DNA of 64,000 nucleotides, taken from assembly GCF_006345805.1 (NCBI RefSeq), contig NC_042998.1, positions 62,062,001 through 62,126,000 on the forward strand. Direction: 5' to 3'. A program made the translations under genes and the position numbers. This stretch comes from Octopus sinensis. Taxonomy: Eukaryota. Shown here in pieces: positions 38,304-50,815 of the stretch. The notes under the pieces were generated by a model. It saw nothing but the letters and a program-made list of their open reading frames with translations, searched no databases and had not been told where the DNA came from. Numbering within the stretch: the first letter of the stretch is position 1; every line of letters starts with the position of its first letter.

Positions 38304-39559
38304 TCATCATCATCATCATCATCATCGTTTAACGTCCGCTTTCCATGCTAGCATGGGTTGGACGGTTCAACTGGGGTCTGGCAAGCCCGAAGGCTGCACC
38401 AGACCAGTCAGATCTGGCAGTGTTTCTACAGCTGGATGCCCTTCCTAACGCCAACCACTCCGAGAGTGTAGTGGGTGATTTTATGTGCCACCGACACAGG
38501 TGCCAGACGAGGCTGGCAGACGGCCACGCTCGGATGGTGTTTTCTTATGTGTCACCGACACAGGTGCCAGACGGGGCTGGCGGACGGCCACGCTCGGATG
38601 GTGTTTGTTATGTGCCCTCAGCACGGAGGCCAGTCGTTGCGGTACTGGCTACGATCACGTTTGGATGGTTTTCTTATGTGCCACCGGCACTGGTACCACA
38701 AGGATACAAATTCCATTGATGTTCATCTATTTTGATTTGGTTCGATTTGATTTGATTTGATTTGATTCGATTCTCACTTGCCTCAACAGGTCTTCACAAG
38801 TGTCACAAGAAGGAAGGTATGCACAGGTGGACTGACTACGTCCCAGGTAGGGGCCACGGATTATGGCTTCACTAGTCTTGCCGGGTCTTCTCACGCACAG
38901 CATACTTCCATAGGTCTCGGTCTCTAGTCATTTCCATGGTGAGACCTAACGTCCGAAGGTCGTGCTTCACCACTTCGTCGCAGGTTTTCCTGGGTCTACC
39001 TCTTCCACGGGTTCCCTCAACTGCTAGGGATTGGCACTTTCTCACACACCTATCTTCATCCATTCTCGCCACATGACCATACCAGCGCAATCGTCTCTCT
39101 TGCACACAACAACTGATGCTTCTTAGGTACAACATTTCTCTCAAGGTACTAACGCTCTGTCGACTAAGTACACTGACATTACAATCCATCGGAGCATACT
39201 GGCTTCGTTCCTCACAAGCTACGCATGTCCTCAGCAGTCACGGCCCATGTTTCACTGCCATGTAGCATAGCTGTTCGTACACATGCATCATACAGTCTGC
39301 CTTTTACTCTGAGCGAGAGGCCTTTAGTCACCAGCAGAGGTAAGAGCTCCCTAAACTTTGCCCAGGCTATTCTTATTCTAGCAGTTACACTTTCAGCGCA
39401 CCCGCCCCCACTACTGACTTGGTCACCTAGATAGCGGAAGCTATCAACTACTTCTAGTTTTTCCCCTCGGAAAGTGACGGAAGTTGTTTTCTGCAGATTT
39501 TCAGAGGTCAATGCTCCAGAGCATCTGCCACATACAAAAACTATCTTCCCAGTTAGCCT
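38304..39559 (-). mobile_element. Young 5'-truncated RTE-LINE
   Basis: LEVVDSFRYLGDQVSSGGGCAESVTARIRIAWAKFRELLPLL...RRLRWYGHVARMDEDR...GRPRKT, UTR repeats and (TGA)n tail. Confidence 0.92.
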
Positions 39560-39900
39560 ACTTAATAGGTGTCCTCATGTATATATATAATTCCAAGGGA
39601 GAGGTTGTGAATCCAACCAACTAAGGGATAATATCTATCCAATATACTGGTGGTCGAATACCCAATTATTAATACACAAGTGTTTTTTCATTGCATAGCA
39701 ATTACATTACCGAGTGTAATAAATGGGTGATGGTAAAAAGATATTTTACCCTTAATTAATATATCATTAAGAAAATGGAGTTAATCAAGAGTTGGTATTT
39801 ATCAACTTATAGACATTATATTATGTCTACTTATTTTTTTTTTAAAAAAGACAATTATAGCAATATATATACATGTATAACCTATTATGCTTTAAATATA

Positions 39901-40393
39901 TCTATATATATAAAACTCTAGTTGTGTGAGTGTCTGTCCCCTTCGATTTAGATTCCTAACTCCTCCCACATTTTGCGGTGCAGTTTAACCAAATTCGGGT
40001 ATCTTATAGTCGTGATTCATATCGAGCCCGTCTGACTATTAGCGCGCGTCAACGATGAGTCTACGATTTTAAAAATAATTTAACATAATTTTTTATTCCA
40101 TTTTAATGTATAAAATGCATTGTGTGTCGATGGCGGCGGAGTTGGCGTCCACGCTCACAGCTGCACCTGTTTGCTTCTCCCCCTTCCCTCCCTCGTGAAG
40201 CTGTGGGGAAGGGAGTGTAAAGAAATCAACGTTGTAAAGCGTTGTGAAGGAGACCAGCGTTCTTTTAGAACAACGACTTCATGGCTTGAAGACACCAAAA
40301 CAAAAATGGCTAAGAAAGCCCGAATTGGCATCTAAAAATGCTTATATAGTTATTTCCCTTACAAACCCGAGCAACGCCGGGTGATACTGCTAG
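39901..40393 (+). mobile_element. Non-autonomous Helitron
   Basis: A|TCtatatatataaaa ... subterminal hairpin cccgagcaacgccggg ... CTAG|T, no TSD. Confidence 0.85.
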
Positions 40394-40516
40394 TAATATA
40401 TAAAATATAAAATATAAAAATACCAGTAATTATTAAAATATATAATGTAGAACATAGAAAGAAGGATAAAATCTTACAGGCATAGGAGTGGCTGTGTGGT
40501 AAGTAGCTCACTTACT

Positions 40517-42499
40517 GCTACCAAGTTGTCGTGTTGTTTTTTGTCGCAGTGGAACATTTGAAGCACAACCACAGGTAAAGCATTTGTTTTTGGGAGCTTA
40601 GTGAAGTCTGTTGTCCGTATGGTTATTATTTTTTCGAACAAGGGTCTCCACTGGATTCCAGAAATTTGTTTGCCAGTGGTTGTACTAAAAGACTCACGTT
40701 TTAGTGAGAATTGTGTGTTTTTGGGAGGCGTGTCACTTTGAAAATTTTTTGAAAATTTCTGTGACTGTGTTTATGCCCTTTCAAGTGGATTTTTACCATA
40801 AAGGATAGGAGTACAGCCAGAGTTGGATGGAATACTATTTGTGCTACGAAGGACTACCAGTTTTGATTACCAGAGTAGCAGAATTGTGTTGTGTTGTGTT
40901 GCCATTTTGGATTATCTTCCTTTGCTCTTTCTTCTCATGTCTGTCTTTCTGATCTTTTTTGAGTTTCTTTATAGACTTTCATTTGAACATTTTGATTTTT
41001 CTTTGTGGATTTTAATTTTTGTTTTGACTATCAACATGGCAACTAGGAAATCCACTTTGGAGTGGAAAACTTTGGCCCCCAAAGAACGGTTGAAAAATTA
41101 TACGGGAAGAACAATGGTGTTAAGGACCTGTTCCAGGGTCCTTGACACCATCAAGGCCTTCTCTGACGAAGAAATTGAGGAGTTGGCAGACTATCTGTCA
41201 ACTGCTAGGTTTATCCGCAGGGGTGCGAAGTATGGAACTGTGTGTGTACTTTTTGAGGCCCTTGCAGAGGCTCATGATTTTGCGAGCATGCCTTTGGAAG
41301 GGGAAAAAATTTTGTTTCTCCCTACTTATGGCAGTAGAAAGTTGACAAGAGCCTGGGTGGTGGGCTGCCACCTGGCATAGAGGCCAAGTGGATAGAAGAC
41401 ACTATCTGTCGGGGCCTGGGTGGCAGCCCTGCCAGGCTCTTAAATGTAAAAATGTTGCCTGCAGTTGATTGGGTTGAGTCAAAATCTGGTTTTACCAGAT
41501 TTTTTAACAATGGCTAGTTCAAGGTACCTGGTGGTGGTTGAGGGACGTCCCCCTAAGTGTCACCTGTGCCTGGAATCAGGCCATATAAAAAAGAACTGTC
41601 ACCAGGACCAGGCAAGGGTCCTGGAATAATTAATTGACCAGGTGTCCCCTGCGCTCCCAGAGGAGGAAAAAGTCAAGGAGGAGGTAACCTCCTTGAAAAC
41701 AAAGGGGAAGAAAAGAAAGAAGGTGGATAACAATGGTTGCCCACCGATGGATCCTGACACAGCGAGGGGGAGGTAGGGTCCTCTGGCGATGTCGGGGAAA
41801 TTCCACCCTCTCGTCATAAAAGGAAAAAAGAAGAGAAAAAAGAAAAACAGGGCATTGCCGGTGACAGCATCTCTCAAAACCCCTTCGGTGGGATGTGTGC
41901 CACCGGAGGGGGGGAGAAGATTGAGGGAGTTAAGGCCCTTCCCAGTGAAAGTGGTGAAGAATATATGTTCTTCTGTCTCAGGGAGGGGCTATTGATAGTT
42001 TTGTGGAGAATGATATGGATAGTCAGATCCTGAGGGACCCGACTTGTATTGATAGCCCAGAGTGGCCTTCGCAGGTGGCTGCTCTGGTGCTGGAAAGAAA
42101 GTACTGTGATCTTATAATTGACTCATGTGAAAATGAGAATTATAGAATTCTTTTTTGGAGCCCCGGATTGCGGTTGCAGGAATGCTTGAAAGTTGCAAGA
42201 AAACTGCTCAGGGAGGAATTGTAGAGATTTATCACCTCTAATTTGTGTATAAATTATGTCTTGTATTTGTGTGGACTTTTGAGTCCAAATATATTGTATT
42301 TTAAATTGTAAGAGGGTCAATACTTCTGTATACGTGTTTTTAAAGAACAATGTTTTAGAGAAGCAGAGGGTCAGAGGGCGCTTTCTGTCTTCTCTCATCC
42401 TTATCATCTTGTATTATTATCATTTACTTCATCAATGTCTTGTCCAGCCCACAAAGCTACCCGTCTCTGTACTGCCTCTATGTCAAATGAAATGAATAA
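40517..42499 (+). mobile_element. ORF1-only L1/Tx1-like retroelement inserted into a SINE A head
   Basis: 16-bp TSD aagtagct(ca/tg)cttact at 40501-40516 and 42500-42515, aataaa 3' end, broken gag-like ORF, no RT. Confidence 0.72.
41036..42224 (+). pseudogene. Disrupted gag-like ORF1 with CCHC zinc knuckle
   Basis: MATRKSTLEW...FLPTYGSRKLTRAWV, then after frameshift LVVVEGRPPK-CHLCLESGHIKKNC (CX2CX4HX4C, ~41558-41599) and a basic K/R-rich stretch. Confidence 0.7.
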
Positions 42500-42617
42500 A
42501 AGTAGCTTGCTTACTAACCACATGGTACCTTGGGCAAGTATCTTCTACTATAGCCTTGGGCCAACCAAAGCCTTGTGAGTGGATTTGGTAGACAGAAACT
42601 GAAAGAAGCACCTCGTA

Positions 42618-42667
<50 letters not shown>

Positions 42668-42670
<3 letters not shown>

Positions 42671-43183
42671 TCATCATCATCATCATCGTTTAACGTCCTT
42701 TTCCATGCTAGCATGGTTGGACGGTTCGACCGGGGATCTGGGAAGCCAGAAGGCTGCACCAGGCTCCGGTCTTATCTGGCAATGTTTCTACAGCTGGATG
42801 CCCTTCCTAACGCCAACCACTCCGTGAGTGTAGTGGGTGCTTTTTACATGCCACCGACACGGAAGCCAGTCGAGGCGGCGCTGGCATCGGCCACGATTCG
42901 GATAGTGCTTTTTACGTATCTCCAGTCCAGGGGTCCTGGCATCTGCCGGGTGCCAGTCATAGGATTGGTTCAATTTCGATTCCGATTTCACTTGCCCCAA
43001 CAGGTCTTCGCAAGCAAGGGGGGTAGGCATAGGTGCCTGTCGTCGGATGAGGTTCGATATCGACTTCGCTTGCCTCAACAGGTCTTTGTGTGTTCAAGGA
43101 AGGAAAGGCATGCATAAGTGGGCTGGACTCACTTGTCCTGCCTGGTCTTTTCACGCACAGCATATTTCCAAAGGTCTCGGTCA
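42668..43183 (-). mobile_element. RTE-LINE 3' fragment inside the SINE A microsatellite
   Basis: SINE A resumes at ~43185-43402. Confidence 0.82.
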
Positions 43184-43718
43184 TGTGTGTGTGTGTCTAT
43201 GTTTGTGTGTCTATTTGTCCACCCCAACATCGCTTCACAACAGATGCTGGTATATTTATGTCCCCGTAACTTCATGGTTCAGCAAAAGAGACCGATAAAT
43301 TAAGTACTAGACTTACAAAGAATAAGTCCTGGCGTCGATTTGCTCAACTAAAAGCAGTGCTCTAGCATGGCCACAGTCAAATGACTGAAACAAGTAAAAG
43401 AGCTGTTTCAGCTGAGAGACCATAGTACCCCATCCTACTTTTATCCTGCCAGCAAACTGAAGTATTTTGTAGATAAGATTAAGGTACTTAGGTGTGTCTC
43501 TAGGCTTTGTCAGAGAGTTTACACCTAATAATAATAATAATCATTGATTACTTTGTATGCATATACATATACATATGCATATACATTTTAATATATCTAT
43601 ATGTGATTATATATATTTATATATATGTGTGTATATGTAAAAGTATGTATATATGTATGTATTTATATTTATAACTTAACCTTATGAACTTTCTAAACTC
43701 TCTGACAAAGCTTAGAGA

Positions 43719-44270
43719 TATACTTATTTCGTACTTTTCTCTAAAATAATTCCTTCTTATTTGCTCTAGCTCTTAAAATGACCTTTAGTATTGGTGGCCG
43801 ATGAAACTTGAAAATATTCACAGCTAAGCTAAGAATCTCTCTTGTTTTTTAATCCCCTTATTCAATTGAACTCATCTATTCTCTAAAAATAATCCTTTAT
43901 TGTTTGTCCTGACCCTACAATGACCAACCTTGTTTCTTGGCGCCATGTATATGCTTATTTCGTACTTTTCTCTAAAATAACTCCTTATTTACTCTAGCCC
44001 ATAAAATGACCTTTAGTATCGGTGGCTGATGAAACTTGAAAATATTCACATCTAAGCTAAGAATCTCTCTTGTTTTTTAATCCCTTCGTTCATTCAAACT
44101 CATCTATTCTCTAAAATAATCCTTTTTTGTTTGTTCTAACCCTACAATGACCAACCTTGTTTCTTGGTTACATGTATATACTTATTTCGTGCTTTTCTCT
44201 AAAATAACTCCTTATTTGCTCTAGCCCTTAAAATGACTTTTAGTGCCGGTGGTAACCTTTAGTATCGGTG
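43719..44270. repeat. ~229-bp tandem repeat, ~2.3 units
   Basis: cttatttcgt.cttttctctaaaataa at 43723, 43954 and 44181. Confidence 0.85.
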
Positions 44271-44664
44271 GTTGCGCCCACCCTTTCCCACCCCACCTCC
44301 AATACCAGAAATCTCTTTCTCTCTCACTCTTACTGGAAATCTCTCTTTCTCTCCCTCTCTCTGTCTTACTGGAAATCTTTTTCTCTCACCAAGCACCCAT
44401 TTGCCCTTCCTCTCTTTCCTTTCTCTCCCCCCCCCCCCATCTCTAGACTAACTGAACCAGATAGTAACCCACTTACTTTTTTTTATTTATTTATTTACAC
44501 ATTTATATCTGCAGCATCAATAATGCTTCACCCACTAGGCTCATAATGCTTATATTTACAATACCCCAAACACTTTCATATACGATGCTTCCTCACTCCC
44601 CCCACCCAGAAGAGGTAACAACCTTAACAATTCTAACATGTTTCAATGGCGGTAGGTTAAAAGC

Positions 44665-44988
44665 AAGGTTAAAATTCATCCTACGGAACAACTTCTTCAA
44701 CTTCAGCGAGAACACTTATAGACAGTAATCAGGCACAGCGATGGGAATGAAGGAAGCCCCTACTTTTGCCAACCTTGTCATGGCATACTTGGAAGTCCAA
44801 ATATATGAGCATGTTAGACTGAAATTTGGAGACACTTACTCACCAACTGGAAACACTACCTGGATAATTGCTTCATTCTGTGGCCACACAACCTTAAACA
44901 ACACTCAAAATTTCAAAACTTAATTGACAGCATTAACTGCAGTATCCAGTTCACGTTGGAATACAGCCACAAATAACTACCCTTCCTT
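44665..44988 (+). pseudogene. Penelope-like element reverse transcriptase fragment
   Basis: FILRNNFFNF...YRQ*SGTAMG...APTFANLVMAYLE, WKHYLDNCF, IQFTLEYS...LPFL, motifs typical of PLE RT. Confidence 0.8.
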
Positions 44989-45284
44989 TTTTACCATAGA
45001 TAAACAAAAAATATTGCAGAAACTAGTTTAGTATATATGTAAATAAATTTATTTCAAAACAATTACAAGTTTTTCAAATTTAGGTGCATTTTCAACAACA
45101 AATTTGCCTATATAAATATGTATGTCTGCATGTGTGTGTTTGTGTGTGTATACATATACACATATATATATATATATAATATATATATATATCTATATGA
45201 TGTGTGTGTGTGGTGTGTGTGTGTGTGTGTGTGTGTATACACACACAAACACACATATATACATATACATACATATATATATAT

Positions 45285-45628
45285 AAAGGGTAAAGACCCC
45301 CTTCGGTCATGAATGACCATGGGATTGCACCTAGAAAGTTACCCTCCTAGACACAAGTCCGGGCAAGGTTGTTTATGGAAGGCCAGCAGTCGCCCATGCA
45401 TACCAGCCTCCCCTCTCCACGCCACCAGTGTTATCCAAGGGAAAGACAGAGGTCGATACAGTTTGGCACCAGTGACATCGCAACTCATTTCTACAGCTGA
45501 GTGAACTGGAGCAACGTGAAAATAAAGTGCCTTGCTCAAGAACACAACACGCAGCCCGGTCCGGGATTCGAGCTCACAACTTCATGATCGTAAGCTCAAC
45601 GCTCTAACCACTGAGCCATGTGCCTTCA
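45285..45628 (-). mobile_element. tRNA-derived SINE family D
   Basis: tggctcagtggttagagc...gagctcgaatcccgg, then gtgttgtgttcttgagcaaggcactt...cactcagctgtagaaatg (V/Meta-like central domain). Confidence 0.75.
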
Positions 45629-45650
45629 CACACATATATATATATATATA

Positions 45651-46381
45651 TACTAAGTAATTAAGGGTTTAGCAACGAATTGCCTCACCAACACACGAAT
45701 TTAGGAAATAGCAGTCAAAGAGATATAGCTATCCTTCTACTAAAAGGGGGATCTCCAGTAAAAACACAGCACTTGAAAGGCAAACACAGACAGGTAAGAA
45801 AGAAAGAATGAAATGACGGCAATCCATCATGCAATTTTACTTACCTACGGACGTACGTTTCGAGATCAAGTTTTAGGATAGCGTAAGAATTAGAAAATTC
45901 TACTTTACCGTACTTCTTCTCTCATCGGCGCAGGATACTACAATTATGAATAATTGTATATTAATTTTGAGATACTAGAATGCATCATCTCAACTCAGAG
46001 CGAGCTAAAGCATGACCAGTACCACGAAATTCAAAGTTTGAATGAAAGTTTGTGTCACCAGCCCCCTTCCACCCGCGTGTAGCCAAGACAAAATGCTGTG
46101 GTCATTTACTGGGATAAAATATGGTTATCAGTAATAATAAAAGGTGAAATTAATTAATTAGGGATAATTATCAATTAACCAAGTAGATTTCAGCATGTAA
46201 AAGCCCCATTCGAGGAAAATTTAAGTAATACTAAGTAATTAAGGGTTTAGCAACGAATTGCCTCACCAACACACCGAATTTAGAAATAGCAGTCAAAGAG
46301 ATATAGCTATTCCTTCTACTAAAAGGGGGATCTCAGTAAAAACACAGCACTTGAAAGGCAAACACAGACAGGTAAGAAAGA
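45651..46381 (-). mobile_element. Retrozyme-like partial tandem element (578-bp period) in (TA)n
   Basis: Direct repeats 45651-45803 and 46229-46381, HHR at 45844-45934. Confidence 0.78.
45844..45934 (-). ncRNA. Type-I hammerhead motif (core CCGATGA)
   Basis: cctgcg CCGATGA gaga [52 nt] tctc GAAA CGTACG TC cgtagg. Confidence 0.72.
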
Positions 46382-46386
46382 TATAT

Positions 46387-46458
<72 letters not shown>

Positions 46459-46547
46459 GTATTATATATATAACATCCAACTGTAACATCCCAGATAAAT
46501 TCTTATATTAAACTATACTATTTTCTTCTGTTTAACTCGCTCATATC

Positions 46548-46595
46548 GTCTCTGATGATGGGATATCTTTTATATCCTTGAAACAGCTGTAAGAC
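46548..46595 (+). ncRNA. Minimal type-I hammerhead motif
   Basis: gtct CTGATGA tgggatat ctttt atatcctt GAAA CAGCTG TA agac. Confidence 0.78.
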
Positions 46596-46684
46596 TACCT
46601 TTCTCTTTATAAATGTCTTAGAAATTTCACACTGCCTTGGCTTTGTTGTCTCATTTTATTTAACTTGTATATAGAGAGTGACTT

Positions 46685-47368
46685 TGTGTTGGTATGGTCA
46701 TGTACTGCAGATGGACGAGGAGAGCTGTGTGAAGAAGTGTCACTCCCAAACAGTGGAAGGAATCCAGGGTAGAGGGAGACCCAGGAAGACATTGGATGAG
46801 GTGGTGAAGCATGACCTTTGAACATTGGCCCTCACAGAGGCAATGACAAAAGACTGAGACCTCTGGAGGTATGCTGTGACTTAGAAAACCCGGCTGTAAC
46901 ATACACCAGCATCGTATAACCAGCCCACTCAAAAGTACCTTGGATCATAGGGCAACATGCCGTGCTTGAGGTGAACTATTGAGTCACATACATCAACATC
47001 AATATCAAAATCAAATCTAATCAAATTACAATCAAATAGAAATTGCAGTTGTGACTCTCGTGCTGGTGGCACGTAAAAAGCACCATCTGAACATGGCCGA
47101 TGCCAGTGCCACCATGACTGGCTTCCATGCCGGTGGCACATAAAAAGCACCATCTGATCATGGTCGATGCCAGCTCCTCTGCTCCCTGTGCCGGTGGCAC
47201 ATAAAAAGAACCCAATACACTCTTGGAGTACTTGGCGTTAGGAAGGTCGTCCAGCTGTAGAAATACTATCAGATCAGATTGGGGCCTGATCTCCTGACTT
47301 CCCAGACCATAGTCGAACTGTTCAACCCATGCCAGCATGGGAAACGGACGTTAAATGATGATAATGAT
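46685..47368 (+). mobile_element. RTE-LINE 3' fragment
   Basis: WYGHVLQMDEESCVKKCH..GRGRPRKT, UTR and tga tail. Confidence 0.85.
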
Positions 47369-47373
47369 AGATA

Positions 47374-48607
47374 TTAGGGTGTGTTCAGAAATTAATTGCA
47401 TTTTTTCTACCACTATGAAATATGAACCAACCAAACACATCAGAGCCAAGGTCAAACGTCTAGAAATAGTATATCATCCTTTCTGTCACACAACATGTCA
47501 TTGGTAGTTCTTTCAGTAATTAACCTCATGGAGGAAAAGAACTTTATGAAACAATATATTCACCATTGCTTACTGTATAAGTTTTGAAAGAAAAGTACCA
47601 CTACAAAAGCAATGAAAAATATTTGTGAAGTGTATCCGGATATAGTGAAAGCTCATACATGTCAGCTGTGATTTAAAAGGTTTAAAGATGGCGATTGTGA
47701 TGCATCCAACAAGATTTGCTCTAGAAGACAACCCACTGTAAATGACAGCCTTTTGAATGAGATTATTGTATTGGTTCCATGTCAAAGCACCAGAGATTTG
47801 GCACAAAAATTTAATGTGCCATGTTCAACTATTCATAAACATTTCAAGTAAACTGAGAAAACATGCAAAGAGGGAATTTGGGTTCCACATGAGATTATGC
47901 TTGAGAACCAAACACAGCATTCCACTATCTGCAGCAGTCTTCTAACCAAGAATAACAACCTGCAGCGCATTATTATAGATGATGAAAAATGGATTTTGCA
48001 TCACAATAGAATATGAAAAAGTCAATGGTTATTATGTAATGAGAGGCCAGTGTCAACACCAAAACCAGAACTTCATCCACAAAAATCCTTGCTCTGTGTT
48101 TGGTGGAATATGAAAGGTATTGTTCATTATGAGCCACTGGAACATGGAAGGATCATCAATTAAGATATCTATCGCCAACAACTTGATCAGGTAAATAAAA
48201 AATTACGTCAATAGTGGCCAGCTTTGGTAAATGGTAAAGGTGTTATTCTCCAGCATGACAATGCACAGCCACACTATTCAAAACAAACCCAAGAAAAAAA
48301 TAAGATCATTTGGATGGGAAGTTCTTAAACATCCTCCATACTCACCTGATTTAGCACCTACAGATTTTCATCTGTTCCAATCACTAGAACATTTTATAAG
48401 AGGCAGAGCATTCAGAAACAGAGAGGAAGTGGGAAACAGTCTTTCAGACTTTTTTCAGGAAGAGAAATAGATTTCTTTGAATGTCATATAAGAAGGTTAC
48501 TTTCCTGTTGGGCTGCAGTTGTTCTTTAAAACTATTCAGACAAATATAGTTTACATTAATTTTTATATCCTTTCTGGTGAAATGCAATTAGTTTCTGAGC
48601 ACCCTAA
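47374..48607 (+). mobile_element. Full-length decayed mariner (DD34D) transposon
   Basis: TIRs ttagggtg(tg)ttcagaaattaattgcattt / aaatgcaattagtttctgagcaccctaa, TA TSD. WVPHE, DEKW, LLCVWWNMKG, QHDNA.PH, HPPYSPDLAPTDFHLF. Confidence 0.93.
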
Positions 48608-48809
48608 TAAATAAGCAAGTATGTTGATGCAAACAGGAAACATAGAACTCAGAATATGAGTATATGTGTATTTTTATTAATATTTAGCAGTAGCAACAGA
48701 GTGACTCAAGGGCTGACAGTTTCATGCGTTGATAAGTGCCAACACATGAAATTCATGGCTCGTGAGTCACCCAATTGCTTCTGCAAAATATTAATAAAAA
48801 TATGCATAT

Positions 48810-49201
48810 GGTACAGGAATGGATGTGCGGTAAGTAGCTTGCTTACCAACCACATGGTTCCAAGTTCAGTCACACTGCGTGGCACCTTGGGCAAGTGTGT
48901 TCTACTATAGCCTCAGGCCAACCAAAGCCTTGTGAGTGGATTTGATAAAGAGAAACTGAAAGAAGCCCATCGTATATATGTATATATGTGTTTGTGTGTC
49001 TGTGTTTGTCCCCCAACATCGCTTGACAACCGATACTGGTGTGTTTATGTCCCCCGTAACTTAGCAGTTCGGCAAAAGAGACTGATAGAATAAGTACTGG
49101 GCTTACAAAGAATAAGTCCTGGGGTCGATTTGCTTGACTAAAGGCGGTGCTCTAGCGAGGCCACAGTCAAATAACTGAAACAAGTAAAAGAGTAAAAGAG
49201 T
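48810..49201 (+). mobile_element. Full-length SINE family A
   Basis: Complete head-to-tail copy. Confidence 0.9.
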
Positions 49202-49363
49202 ATGGTCAACCCAAGATGAAAAACCTGCTTAAAGTGCCACACATTGTTACCAAACCTGAAGGCACATGAATGCCTAGTAGGCCATGCAAAATTGATCCCA
49301 GTAAGATTTGAACTCAGAATAAAAAGAGCAAAATTTAAATTCATTACCACCATCCACCAACAA

Positions 49364-49788
49364 CAGCGCTGGATTAACCATTATGCAAAATAAGCTCATG
49401 CTTAGGGCACCAAGGAGAGGAGGGGGCACCACAGAAATGGTAAATGGTTTACAGCACAAAAGAAATCACTTTAAACTTGCTTAAGTAATATTCGGGGTGC
49501 CTTTATCTCTATTAAGTATAGATGCAGATGTGTTACCGATGAATAATTTTGAGGATCTGATCAAAGACTTTGCAATTCAAAAATGTAGAAGGAAATTTTT
49601 CAAATATAAATAAAGTGGAAGTATACAAAAATAAACATTATTTTCCTTCTTAATATTTTGTTTTGTTTTGAAAATAAAAATTTATTTTATGATTTGTTAT
49701 TGTTTATATTTTGAATTTCATAATATTTTATAGAGGCACCAAAACCTTTTAAGTGCTTAGGACCTTGATGGTTCTTAATCCAGCCCTG
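49364..49788. mobile_element. hAT-like MITE
   Basis: TIRs cagcgctggattaa / ttaatccagccctg, 8-bp TSD accaacaa/atcatcaa. Related fragment at ~28700-28915. Confidence 0.75.
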
Positions 49789-49916
49789 ATCATCAACATT
49801 TTTTAGTTACTTCTCTATGTTTTGACTGAGTCAGACATATATATATATACATATAATATGTATATATATATATGTATATGTATATGTATGTGTGTATATA
49901 TATATATGTGTGTGTA

Positions 49917-49948
<32 letters not shown>

Positions 49949-50532
49949 TGTGTGTGTGTGTGTATGAGTGTGTGTGTGTATCTGGGTCAGACAAATTATT
50001 GAGGCAGATTTTCTATGATCAGATACCCTTCCTGTTGCTACCCTCATCTATTTCCATACAAAGCAATATTTACCCATAACCAAGCGTGTTTCCGCAGGAT
50101 GCTGGGAATGAATGACGCTATTATGACAATGACAATTACAACAGTGATGCAATGTCATGACAATGAGGCACAAAATATACAATTAAAACTTGTACCTCTT
50201 TCTGTATATGCTAGACAATAAGCACAAACGGAAGACAGCATGGGAGGAACAAGTTTTAATTGTGTGTCTGTTTGTGCCACTTTGTCTTGACCTTTGCATC
50301 ATTGTTGGAGCTAGGTGTCACTGTCATCACACTAATGACATTCATTTCCAACATTCTGTGAAAACATGAATGGCTATGGGAAGATATTACTTTCTTTAGA
50401 AGCAAGATAAAGGTGGCAACAGGAAAGGTATCTGACCATAGAAAATCTACCGCAATAATTTGTCTGACCCAGATACACACACACACATATATATATACAT
50501 ATACATAGATATATATATTTATATATATATAT

Positions 50533-50815
50533 CACTGTGACTGACCAGACCATCAGATGTTGTTACACATCGCTGGTCACAATGCGTTCGCATTGTTTTA
50601 GCCTTCATATGACGCCACCCCGCTGGCTAAGCGAGCAGGCCAACAGAAGAAAGAGTGGTGAAAGATGACAGCAGGGATCACCACCCCATGCCGGAGCCTC
50701 ATGGAGCTTTTAGGTGTTTTCGCTCAATAAACACTCACAACGCCCGGTCTGGGAATCGAAACTGCGATCCTGCGACCGCGAGTCCGCAGCCCTAACCACT
50801 AGGCCATTGTGCCTC

